From Acidobacteriota bacterium (GTDB lineage Bacteria; Acidobacteriota; Thermoanaerobaculia; Gp7-AA8), in contig JAFAOU010000003.1 of NCBI GenBank assembly GCA_019247495.1, positions 2,011 to 66,010 on the forward strand: a stretch of 64,000 bases of DNA. Reading direction: 5' to 3'. Both the position numbers and the translations under genes were made by a program. The notes under the pieces were generated by a model. The model searched no databases. It saw nothing but the letters and a program-made list of their open reading frames with translations, and was not told where the DNA came from. Below are positions 19,228 to 28,386 of the stretch, in pieces (the first letter of the stretch is position 1; each line of letters begins with the position of its first letter).

Positions 19228-20613
19228 CTACAGCAGGCTCTTCCGCACCTTGTCCCGATACTCCTTCGCCTTCGCCACCGCGGCGGGCGCATCGACGGTC
19301 AGCAGGTTGCGATTGCGCATCAGAATCTTTCCGTCGCAGATCGTCGTGACGACGGCGCTGCCGGATGCGGCGTAGACGATCGCCGACTCGACGGCGTACA
19401 CCGGCTGCGTCTTCGGCTGCTGGAGGTCGATGACGATTACGTCGGCGCGTTTGCCGGGTTCGAGCGTGCCGATGCGATCTTCCATGCCGAGGGCGCGGGC
19501 GCCGCCGAGCGTGGCCATTTCGAGGACGTCGCGGGCGCTGAGCGCTTTCGGATCGCCGCGGGTGATCTTCTGCAGACGCGCGGCGCTGGCGGCTTCTTCG
19601 ACCATGTCCAGATTGTTGTTCGAACCGGCCGGACCGTCGGTGCCGAGGCCGAGGGCGACGTTCGCGTGACGCATGTCGACGACCGGCGCGACACCCGAGG
19701 CCAGCATCATGTTGCTCTCCGGACAATGCGCGACGCCGACGCGTTTCGCGGCCAGCATCCGGATGTCGTCAGGAGTCAGCCAGATGCCGTGCGCGGCCAC
19801 GACGTCGTGTCCGAGGAAGCCAATCGAATCGAGGTAGGCGGCGGGGGAGAGGCCGGCGGTGTTGTCCTTGATTTGTGATCCCTCACCCTTCGTCTCCGCG
19901 ACATGGATGAGGATCGGCGCGTGCAGTTCGGTGGCGAGCGCGCGGACCTGTTCGAGATGCGCGCGTGACACGGTGTACGGCGCATGCGGCGCGAGCGCGG
20001 GCGTGATCAGCCGGTCGCCGTGCCAGCGCTTGACGAAGTCGCGGACGTAGGCGACGGCGGCATCCCACGTTTTGTTGTCGGGCGCGGGGAAGTCGATCAT
20101 CGTCTCCCCCAGCACGCCGCGCAGCCCCGCCTTCTTCGCCTCGGATGCGATGTCGCTCTCGAAGTAGTACATGTCGGTGAAGGTGGTCGTGCCCGACGCG
20201 ATCATTTCCGCTGCTGCCAGCCGCGTTCCCCACTTCACGAAATCGCGGTCGACGTTCTTGGCCTCAGCCGGAAAGATGAAGTGCTGCAGCCAGTCCATGA
20301 GATCGCGGTCGTCGGCGATGCCGCGGAAGAGCGTCATCGGCACGTGCGTGTGCGCGTTGACGAATCCGGGAAGGATGGCCATGCCGCGCGCATGAATCGT
20401 CTCCACGCCGGCGAACCGTTTGGCAATGTCCGCCGACTTGCCGACGCCGATGATTTCGCCCTTGTCGATGGCCACCGCGCCGTCATCAATATTCGGACCG
20501 GCCATGGTGATGACCGTGCCGCCGGTGATGACGAAGTCCACGCGCCGTGGAGCGGCGTGGGCCATCGCGACGGAGAACGTGAGCAGGAGTGCGGAAATCA
20601 AACGTCGATACAT
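19228..20613 (-). CDS. Metal-dependent amidohydrolase (MtaD/SsnA-like) with signal peptide
   Basis: PGFVNAHTH, HAPYT, HVAET, AAHG, HCPESN, GTDG motifs. Confidence 0.9.
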   Translation of the reverse strand: MYRRLISALLLTFSVAMAHAAPRRVDFVITGGTVITMAGPNIDDGAVAIDKGEIIGVGKSADIAKRFAGVETIHARGMAILPGFVNAHTHVPMTLFRGIADDRDLMDWLQHFIFPAEAKNVDRDFVKWGTRLAAAEMIASGTTTFTDMYYFESDIASEAKKAGLRGVLGETMIDFPAPDNKTWDAAVAYVRDFVKRWHGDRLITPALAPHAPYTVSRAHLEQVRALATELHAPILIHVAETKGEGSQIKDNTAGLSPAAYLDSIGFLGHDVVAAHGIWLTPDDIRMLAAKRVGVAHCPESNMMLASGVAPVVDMRHANVALGLGTDGPAGSNNNLDMVEEAASAARLQKITRGDPKALSARDVLEMATLGGARALGMEDRIGTLEPGKRADVIVIDLQQPKTQPVYAVESAIVYAASGSAVVTTICDGKILMRNRNLLTVDAPAAVAKAKEYRDKVRKSLL

Positions 20614-20661
20614 GGCCGCGAACCTTAGCGGAATCGTAGGCGCGCGTACAAACTCGGCCTC

Positions 20662-20730
20662 AATCTGGGTGAATCTGCGTAATCTGCGGACAAAGGTTTA
20701 ATCCGCAGATGGACGCAGATTTACACAGAT
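20662..20730. repeat. ~9-mer tandem inverted repeat (AATCTGCG/CGCAGAT type), copy 1
   Basis: aatctgggtgaatctgcgtaatctgcgga...tccgcagatggacgcagatttacacagat; related copy at 47368-47427. Confidence 0.7.
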
Positions 20731-20948
20731 GAAGCTGGTAACACTGCCGCAGCGGCGGGGAGATCGATCGTGAAGACGGAGCCGGTTCCGGCGGTGCTCT
20801 CGGCGGTGACGTCGCCGGCCATGGCGCGGGCGAGGTCGCGGCTGATGGCCAGGCCGAGGCCGACTCCGCGTGTGGTGATCGATAACAGCATCGGCTGCGC
20901 GCCGCTGCCGGAAGCCCTTACGTTGTTGCGGGACAACACATCAGTCAT
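20721..20948 (-). pseudogene. Deletion remnant: RsbQ-like hydrolase N-terminus fused to a histidine kinase HATPase C-terminus
   Basis: AGGAG RBS; [22 protein letters not shown] (RsbQ-like start) joined to [37 protein letters not shown] (G2 box). Confidence 0.65.
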
Positions 20949-21329
20949 TTCTGCTCCTGTCATCGATTGCTCCGCGATGACGCGGACATGAGCCCGTCAT
21001 GCAAGAAGCAGGCAGTGGAAGACTGCGCCGCCGCGACCCTCCGAAACGCGAAGGGCGGCACCAACGTCCGGTTGTTACGACGTGTAATCAATATTTCCAC
21101 GCATATGTAACCCCTCGCGCAAGAACGGACGTACCCTTCCCGTCCATCCCCGAATCCAGACAATCGAGGAGAGACGGACACCTTCCATTTTCTGTTATAT
21201 AGTTATCGGCGACATTATGGTGTTATTGCCCACGTCGCAGTCATCGGTCGAGTTCGCCGCTGGCGTCGCAGGGGACTACCGCAAAAACACGAAGTCCGCG
21301 CGAAGGGAGGTCTCCTCCTGACGCGCCAA

Positions 21330-22820
21330 TTGCCCGATGTTCTCCTGCGGGAGCTTCCCGACGCGGTCGCCATCACCTCGCCAACGGGCGAAATTGTCTA
21401 CTGGAACGCGGGCGCCGAACGGCTGTTCGGATATTCGAGCGCCGATGCGCTCGGCAGCTCGATCGACTCGCTGATTGTCCCGTACGGACACGTAGACGAC
21501 CTCGGTCAGTACCGGCGCGAAGCGCTTACCACCGGCTTCTCGACCTTTGAGACGGCACGGCTTCGCAAAGACGGCTCGCTCATCCACACGGTCGTTTCGA
21601 ACAAGGCGGTATACGACGCCGAGGGGCGCGTCGAGCTCCTCGTCATCACGCAGAAGGACATCACGCATCTCAAGGTGTTGCGCGATGCAAAACTCGTCGA
21701 GTCGCAGTACCGCGATCTTCTCGAATCGACGCCCGACGCCATCATCATGGCCAACCAGACGGGGCGCATCGTCCTGGCGAACAGCCAGGCCGAGAGGCTG
21801 TTCGGGTACGACCGCGGCGAGATGCTCGGCACGCTCGTCGAAGTCCTGCTGCCCAGCCGCTATCGCGGCGGGCACGTCGCGCACCGTTCCGGCTACTTCG
21901 GTCAGCCGCGCACGCGGTCGATGGGTGCGGGCCTGGAGTTGTACGGACTGCGTAAGGACGGCAGCGAGTTCCCGGTCGAGATCAGCCTCAGCCCTCTGAA
22001 GACTGACGGCGGCACGCTGGTGATGAGCGCGATCCGCGACATTACGTATCGGAAGGGCATCGAGAACGCGTTGCAGGAAAAGAACGTCGAGCTCGAGCGC
22101 GCCATCCAGGCCAAGGATCGGTTTCTGGCCAGCATGTCTCACGAGCTGCGCACGCCGCTGAACGGCATCATCGGATTTGCCGAGTTTCTGTCGGACCGCA
22201 AGCCGGGGCCGCTCAACGACAAACAGAAGGAGTACCTCGGCGACATCCTCAACAGCGGCCGGCATCTGCTTCACCTCATCAACGACATGCTCGACCTGGT
22301 CAAGATTCAGGCAGGACGCGTCGACCTAGTGCTGGAACGATTTTTACTGAGTGAGGCCATCAATGAAGTCTGCACGGGCGTGCATCCGCTGGCGGTCAGC
22401 AAAGACATCGACGTACGCGTCACGATCGAGAACGGCCTCGATTCCGTCACCCTCGACAAACAACGCGTCAAACAGATCCTCTACAACCTGCTCTCGAATG
22501 CGCTGAAGTTCACCGATGAGCACGGGCATGTCGGCATCGACGTCACGTCCTTCGACCAGGAGCGTTTCCGCCTGGTCGTTTCCGACGACGGCATCGGTAT
22601 TCGGGCCGAGGACATCGGGCGGCTCTTCACGGAGTTCGAGCAGTTGGAGACGGGCACGGCGCGGCGTTTCGGCGGCACCGGGCTCGGGCTGGCGCTGACG
22701 CGGAAGCTCGTCGATCTGCTCGGCGGAGCGATCGACGTCGAAAGCGAGTTTGGGAAAGGAAGCCGCTTCGGCGTGATCCTGCCACTGGCGATCGAGAGCG
22801 AAGATCGAGGCGGGCAATGA
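21330..22820 (+). CDS. Cytoplasmic PAS-PAS sensor histidine kinase
   Basis: Two PAS domains; H-box FLASMSHELRTPLNG; N box NLLSNALKFT; G boxes DDGIGI and GGTGLGL. TTG start uncertain. Confidence 0.9.
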   Translation: MPDVLLRELPDAVAITSPTGEIVYWNAGAERLFGYSSADALGSSIDSLIVPYGHVDDLGQYRREALTTGFSTFETARLRKDGSLIHTVVSNKAVYDAEGRVELLVITQKDITHLKVLRDAKLVESQYRDLLESTPDAIIMANQTGRIVLANSQAERLFGYDRGEMLGTLVEVLLPSRYRGGHVAHRSGYFGQPRTRSMGAGLELYGLRKDGSEFPVEISLSPLKTDGGTLVMSAIRDITYRKGIENALQEKNVELERAIQAKDRFLASMSHELRTPLNGIIGFAEFLSDRKPGPLNDKQKEYLGDILNSGRHLLHLINDMLDLVKIQAGRVDLVLERFLLSEAINEVCTGVHPLAVSKDIDVRVTIENGLDSVTLDKQRVKQILYNLLSNALKFTDEHGHVGIDVTSFDQERFRLVVSDDGIGIRAEDIGRLFTEFEQLETGTARRFGGTGLGLALTRKLVDLLGGAIDVESEFGKGSRFGVILPLAIESEDRGGQ

Positions 22821-24349
22821 TGGCGCAGCAGGTTCTCAGCGAGGAGCGATTCCGCTCGGCGCTCGAAAATCTGAGAGAAGGCTGCCAGATCATCGGGCGA
22901 GACTGGCGCTATCTCTATCTGAATCCTGCCGCCGCACGGCATGGGCAGTCGTCCGTGGAGGCTCTCGTCGGACGGACGATGATGGACGCATATCCGGGCA
23001 TCGAGACGACGCCGACGTTCGCCCTCTTGCGCGAGTGCATGGAGCGCGGGACCAGCACGACGACCGAGAGCCTGTTCGAGCTGCCGGATGGATCGGTCGG
23101 ATGTTTCGAGATCGTCATCCAACCAGTGCCGGAAGGTTTGTTCGTCAGGTCTCTCGACATCACGGAAAAGAAGCGCGCCGAGACCTCCCGCCGGGATACC
23201 GAGGCCCTGTTCAACGCCTTCATGAGCGCAAACCCAGCCATGGCATGGATGAAAGACGAGGACGGCCGCTACACCTACGTCAACAAGACCGTCAGCGAAG
23301 TCGTGGGTGCCGACACGAATCAGTGGCTCGGCAGGAATGGGTCCGACCTTTTCGGAGCCGAGCGGGGGGAGTTGGTGCGGCAGAAGGATCGCGAAGTGCT
23401 CGAACGCAACGAGCCGATCGAGGTCGTTGAACTCATGCTCGTGGGCGGCGAAACGCGCTTCTGGGACACGATCCGGTTTCCGTTCACGTCGCCGGACGGA
23501 CAACGCTTCGTCGGTGGCATCGCCATCGACATCACCGCATTGCGCGAAACCGAGGCGCAATTGCGGGAAGCGACGGCAGACCTCGAACGGAAAGTCTGCG
23601 AACGGACCGCCGAACTGCAAGTCGCCAAAGAAAGGGCTGAAGCGGCGGGGCGGGCCAAGTCAGACTTTCTGGCCTCCATGAGTCACGAGTTGCGCACGCC
23701 ACTCAACGGCATCATCGGATTCACCGAATTCATGATCGACGGCAAGCCTGGCCCGCTCAACGAGAAGCAGAAAGAGTACCTCGCCGATGTCGGGGCCAGC
23801 GGCCGACACCTCCTGCAACTCATCAACGATCTGCTGGATCTCGCCAAGGTCGAAGCGGGGAAGATGAGCTTGTACCCGGAGCCCTTCAGGATCGTGAACG
23901 TGATCGAGGAAGTGCGCGCGGTCATGAGGCCGCTGGCGGAGCAGAAAAGCATCGTCATCTCGATTTCCGTTGCGCCGCTGCTCGATGTGGTGGTGCTCGA
24001 TCAACAGAAGTTCAAGCAGGTACTCTACAACCTGCTGTCGAATGCGGTGAAGTTCACCGGGCCCGGCGGGTGCGTGGCTGTTTCCGCTGTGCCGCACGGG
24101 GTATCGCATTTTACGATCACCGTCTCCGACACCGGCATAGGCATCAAGGCCGAGGACATGACACGGCTGTTCACCGACTTCGCGCAGCTCGATGATGCGC
24201 GGACCCACGGTGGAACAGGACTCGGCCTCGCACTGACACGCCGGCTCGTGGAACTGCACGGCGGCTCGATCAGTGTCACCAGCGAATTCGGCACAGGCAG
24301 CACGTTCACCGTCGTACTGCCGCTCTCCGTCGAAGGAGCGCGCGATTGA
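22817..24349 (+). CDS. Cytoplasmic PAS-PAS sensor histidine kinase
   Basis: SHELRTPLNG, NLLSNAVKFT, DTGIGI, GGTGLGL. Confidence 0.92.
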   Translation: MMAQQVLSEERFRSALENLREGCQIIGRDWRYLYLNPAAARHGQSSVEALVGRTMMDAYPGIETTPTFALLRECMERGTSTTTESLFELPDGSVGCFEIVIQPVPEGLFVRSLDITEKKRAETSRRDTEALFNAFMSANPAMAWMKDEDGRYTYVNKTVSEVVGADTNQWLGRNGSDLFGAERGELVRQKDREVLERNEPIEVVELMLVGGETRFWDTIRFPFTSPDGQRFVGGIAIDITALRETEAQLREATADLERKVCERTAELQVAKERAEAAGRAKSDFLASMSHELRTPLNGIIGFTEFMIDGKPGPLNEKQKEYLADVGASGRHLLQLINDLLDLAKVEAGKMSLYPEPFRIVNVIEEVRAVMRPLAEQKSIVISISVAPLLDVVVLDQQKFKQVLYNLLSNAVKFTGPGGCVAVSAVPHGVSHFTITVSDTGIGIKAEDMTRLFTDFAQLDDARTHGGTGLGLALTRRLVELHGGSISVTSEFGTGSTFTVVLPLSVEGARD

Positions 24350-24732
24350 GCGCGGCATGCATCCTCGTTGTCGATGACAACCCCACGAACCTGAAGCTCG
24401 TGTCGGACATACTGCAGTTCGAGGGGTATCAAATCCTGAAGGCTAGCGACGCCGAGTCAGCCAGGCAGATGGTCCACGATACTCCGCCCGATCTGATCTT
24501 GATGGACATCGCGCTACCCGGTATGGATGGCCTCACGCTCACGCGGCTGCTGAAAGCGGACGAAACGACTCGGCACATCGTCATCGTAGCGTTGACCGCC
24601 TTCGCAATGAAAACCGACGACGCTCGCGCACGCGAGGCGGGCTGCGACGGCTACATTACCAAACCCATCGACACGCGGACGCTGCCCGGCACGGTGGCCG
24701 GCTACCTTCGCGGAATCCGAGGCTCCTCATGA
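24346..24732 (+). CDS. Single-domain response regulator (DivK/CheY-like)
   Basis: ILVVDD, DLILMDIALPGMDG, ALTAFAM, YITKP. Confidence 0.9.
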   Translation: MSAACILVVDDNPTNLKLVSDILQFEGYQILKASDAESARQMVHDTPPDLILMDIALPGMDGLTLTRLLKADETTRHIVIVALTAFAMKTDDARAREAGCDGYITKPIDTRTLPGTVAGYLRGIRGSS

Positions 24733-25112
24733 AAATCCTCGTCGTAGAAGATCAGCCGGCAGAGTTGAAACTGGCCGTGCACGTGCTCAGTGCCGCCGGA
24801 TTCGAGGTCGATCAGGCCGTAGCGGCGGAACAGGCCATCGCCGCGATCAAGGAGGACCGGCCGCAGATCATTTTGCTGGACCTGTCGCTGCCCGGTGTGG
24901 ACGGCCTGACACTCGCACGCAAACTCAAAGCGGATCCGTCCACGCGCGAAATCCTCATCGTCGCGATCACTTCCTATCCTGAGAGATTCCCGATGGCCGA
25001 AGCGCTAGCCGCCGGATGCGACGCCTATCTGCCCAAGCCGGTCAGCACGCGCACGCTGCCCGAAACACTTCGAACGGTGATGAAAAACGCGGAGGGCGAC
25101 GGAGATCGATGA
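24729..25112 (+). CDS. Single-domain response regulator
   Basis: ILVVED, ILLDLSLPGVDG, YLPKP. Confidence 0.9.
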   Translation: MKILVVEDQPAELKLAVHVLSAAGFEVDQAVAAEQAIAAIKEDRPQIILLDLSLPGVDGLTLARKLKADPSTREILIVAITSYPERFPMAEALAAGCDAYLPKPVSTRTLPETLRTVMKNAEGDGDR

Positions 25113-27901
25113 GTTCCCTGAACATCCTGATCGTCGACGACCAGCCGATCAACCTGAAACTCCTTCGCGCCGAACTGGAGGCCGAGGGTCACACCGTTTT
25201 CGAAGGGTCGAACGGCGAGGAAGGTTTGGCCGTCCTCGACCAGCAGCAGATCGACATCATCATCTCCGACATCCTCATGCCGGTGATGGACGGCTACCGT
25301 TTCTGTAACGAGGTGCGGCGAAGCGAACGGCATCGCAACATTCCGTTCATCGTCTACACCAGCACGTATCTCTCGCCCTCGGACGAAAAACTGAGCCTCG
25401 ACCTCGGCGCCGACAGTTACGTGCGCAAGCCGGCATCGCTCGCCGAGATCAGGCAGACCATCGCGAACGTGCATTCGTCGCCGCGCCGCCAGCCCACGGT
25501 CTTCTTCGAGTCCACCGACGTTCTGAAGGAGTACAACGCCGGCCTTGTCGCCAAGCTAGAGAAAAAGAACGTCGAGCTGACCAATGCCATGAGCCTGCTC
25601 ACGCTGCAGGCCGCGGCGCTGGAGACGAGTGCCGACGCCATGCTCATCACCGACGCGGATGGATCGATCATCTGGGTCAACGCCGCATTCACGAAGGCGA
25701 CCGGATACGCATCGGATGAGGTCATCGGACAGACGCCGCGCATCCTCAAATCGGGCCTGCAGGACGACGCGTTCTACCGCCGTTTCTGGGAGACCATTCG
25801 CGGCGGAAACACCTTCCGCGGCGAATTCGTCAACCGCCGCAAGGATGGAACCATCTACTACGACGAGCACACCGTCACACCGGTCCGCGCGGCGGACGGC
25901 ACGATCACGCACTTCGTCGGCGTGATGCACGACATCACGGTGCGGCGACGTATCGAGGAGAAACTGCGCAACGCGAACGCGCAGCTCCGCGAGTTTCTCG
26001 ATCACACGCCGGTCGTTCTCTATGCGTTGCGCCTCGAAGGGGAAGGGATCGTTCCCCGCCTCGTCAGCGAGAACGTCACGCGTCTCCTCGGCCACGAGGC
26101 GGAAGAGACACTCAGCTACGAGTGGTGGTTAAGTCATTTGCACGACGACGACCGCGAGGGCGCGGTCGCCAGCGTTGCCCGGACCCTGACGGAGGAGAGC
26201 GACCGCGCCGAATATCGCGTTCGCCACAAGGATGGCTCGTATCGCTGGGTGGACGACAACCGGCGGCTCGTGCGCGACCAGCAGGGAGCGCCCGCCGAAA
26301 TCGTCGGTGTGTGGACCGACATCACCGACCGCAAACGCGCCGAAGAGGAGCTGCACGAAACCGAGCGCCGCTTCCGCGAGATGCTCGACAACCTCGAGCT
26401 GATCTCGATCATGATCGATCAGGAAGCGCGCATTATTTACTGCAACGACTACTTCCTCCGTTTGACCGGCTGGTCGCGCGAGGAGATCATGGGCGCCGAT
26501 TGGTTCGAGCGATTCATTCCTCCGGACATCGCCGAGGAGACTCGCCAGGCGTTTGTGGCGCTTCTGAACGAACGAAAAGAAGTCCTGCACTACACGAATG
26601 AAATCGTTACGCGCTCCGGGGCGCGAAGGCTCATTCAGTGGAACAACTCGCTTATCTATTCAGACAGCGATGAAGCGATCGGCATCGCCTCTATCGCCGA
26701 GGACATCACTGACCGCGTCCAACTCGAGAAGCAGCTTTTCCGCGCGCAACGGCTCGAGAGCCTCGGCACGTTGGCTGGCGGCATCGCGCACGATCTCAAC
26801 AACCTGCTTCTGCCGATTCTGATGGGCGTCACCCTCCTCAAACGATTCCGTCCGAATGAAGCGAGCATGCGGGCAATCGAAAATATCGAACGCAGCGTCA
26901 AACGCGGCAGCGAATTGGTGAAACAGGTGCTGCTCTTTGCACGCGGCGGCCAGACCTCGCGTGAAGCGGTACTCCTGGGCGACGTCGTGCGCGAGATCCA
27001 GGCAATCATCAACAGCACCTTCCCCAAAGACATCACGCTCGAGATTGCGATCGCCGAAGACGTGCATCCCGTCACCGGAGACGTGACCCAACTGACCCAG
27101 GTGCTGCTCAATCTCTGCGTGAATTCGCGCGACGCCATGCCTCATGGCGGTCACATTGTGATCTCGGCGCGGAACGAAATCATGAGTGACGCCGAAGCAC
27201 TGTTGCACGGCACTGAGGCAGGAGGCGACTACGCAGTACTCGAAGTGTCCGACACGGGCGACGGGATGCCGAAGGAAATTCTCGATCTCATCTTCGATCC
27301 CTTTTTCACGACGAAAGAAGTCGGCAAGGGCACGGGCCTCGGCCTCTCGACCGTTCAGGGAATCGTGAGCAATCATGGCGGATTCGTCGCCGTTTGCAGC
27401 GCGGCCGGCGAGGGCAGCACATTCACCGTCTATCTTCCGGCGCGCCGCGCGCAAGCGGAGGCCGACCCGGTGCCAGCGGACACGAGTGCGGTGCCGCAGG
27501 GCAACGGCGAAGTGATCCTGCTCGCCGACGACGACGCCGCGATCCTCAGCATCACGCAGCAAACGCTCGAGGAGTTCGGCTACAAGGTGATCACGGCGGA
27601 AGACGGTGCGCACGCTATCGGTGCCTTCTCACGGCAGCACGAGGAGATCGCGTTGGTGATCACCGACATGGCCATGCCGGTGATCGATGGATTCGCGCTG
27701 ATGGCGGCACTCAACCGAATCCGCGGCGGCGTTCGCATCATCGCCACCACCGGAAACCCCTCCGCCTCGGCGATGACCAAGATTGCCAAGAGCGGCGTTA
27801 CCCACATCCTCGTCAAGCCGTACACGGCCGATCAGCTGCTCCGCACCATTGCAACCGTGCTTGCGGAGCCGGAGACCGGACAAAACGGACGCCGCCGGTA
27901 A
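25109..27901 (+). CDS. Hybrid sensor kinase REC-PAS-PAS-PAS-HisKA-HATPase-REC
   Basis: N-terminal REC ([11 protein letters not shown]), three PAS domains, [28 protein letters not shown]-terminal REC. ATG 25109 overlaps the previous stop. Confidence 0.92.
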   Translation: MSSLNILIVDDQPINLKLLRAELEAEGHTVFEGSNGEEGLAVLDQQQIDIIISDILMPVMDGYRFCNEVRRSERHRNIPFIVYTSTYLSPSDEKLSLDLGADSYVRKPASLAEIRQTIANVHSSPRRQPTVFFESTDVLKEYNAGLVAKLEKKNVELTNAMSLLTLQAAALETSADAMLITDADGSIIWVNAAFTKATGYASDEVIGQTPRILKSGLQDDAFYRRFWETIRGGNTFRGEFVNRRKDGTIYYDEHTVTPVRAADGTITHFVGVMHDITVRRRIEEKLRNANAQLREFLDHTPVVLYALRLEGEGIVPRLVSENVTRLLGHEAEETLSYEWWLSHLHDDDREGAVASVARTLTEESDRAEYRVRHKDGSYRWVDDNRRLVRDQQGAPAEIVGVWTDITDRKRAEEELHETERRFREMLDNLELISIMIDQEARIIYCNDYFLRLTGWSREEIMGADWFERFIPPDIAEETRQAFVALLNERKEVLHYTNEIVTRSGARRLIQWNNSLIYSDSDEAIGIASIAEDITDRVQLEKQLFRAQRLESLGTLAGGIAHDLNNLLLPILMGVTLLKRFRPNEASMRAIENIERSVKRGSELVKQVLLFARGGQTSREAVLLGDVVREIQAIINSTFPKDITLEIAIAEDVHPVTGDVTQLTQVLLNLCVNSRDAMPHGGHIVISARNEIMSDAEALLHGTEAGGDYAVLEVSDTGDGMPKEILDLIFDPFFTTKEVGKGTGLGLSTVQGIVSNHGGFVAVCSAAGEGSTFTVYLPARRAQAEADPVPADTSAVPQGNGEVILLADDDAAILSITQQTLEEFGYKVITAEDGAHAIGAFSRQHEEIALVITDMAMPVIDGFALMAALNRIRGGVRIIATTGNPSASAMTKIAKSGVTHILVKPYTADQLLRTIATVLAEPETGQNGRRR

Positions 27902-27945
27902 CGCGGCGGCTGATAGAGCGGCGGAGAAATCTGGGCTCGGGATTT

Positions 27946-28166
27946 CGGTCGCGCGCGAAGGCGCGCTCGACAAGCTTAGCCCCGCGCTCTGCGCGGGGTT
28001 CGGAGGTGGCGGGGGATACGCGGCCGCGGAGGCAGCCGCTACAACATCTCGCGCTGCCGGAGCATTTTGTAATGGCCGCCTACGCGGCCACGAAACTCGG
28101 CCACGTCCTTTTTCCCCGCGCAGAGCGCGGGGCTAAGCTTGTTAAGCGCGCCTTCGCGCGCGACCG
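27946..28166. repeat. Long palindromic REP-doublet element
   Basis: cggtcgcgcgcgaaggcgcgctcgacaagcttagccccgcgctctgcgcgggg...ccccgcgcagagcgcggggctaagcttgttaagcgcgccttcgcgcgcgaccg. Confidence 0.7.
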
Positions 28167-28386
28167 TGGGCGAGACGAGCGCTCCGGTCGCGCCCTTTCC
28201 CGGCAGGTTGGTGCGTGGCAGCCCCCAATTACTTCAAATATCTGCGGCGCAAATTCGTCGAATTGAAGTTTTGCGCCATCATGCTCGCCACGATTCAATC
28301 CGCCGGACGTTTGCGTTCAACGATTTAGATCGATTTCCGCCGCGGCACCCCTGTTGAATGTCGTCAGGCGCGTCCGTCTGTCAGTC

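Noticed and set aside
19152-20730. Tandem repeats as CRISPR arrays
   Set aside because: Units are 7-9 nt, degenerate and inverted, with no spacers and no cas genes.
21217-21321. 34-aa uORF ahead of the first PAS kinase, or a frameshifted kinase start
   Set aside because: No conserved features or slippery site seen; cannot be supported.
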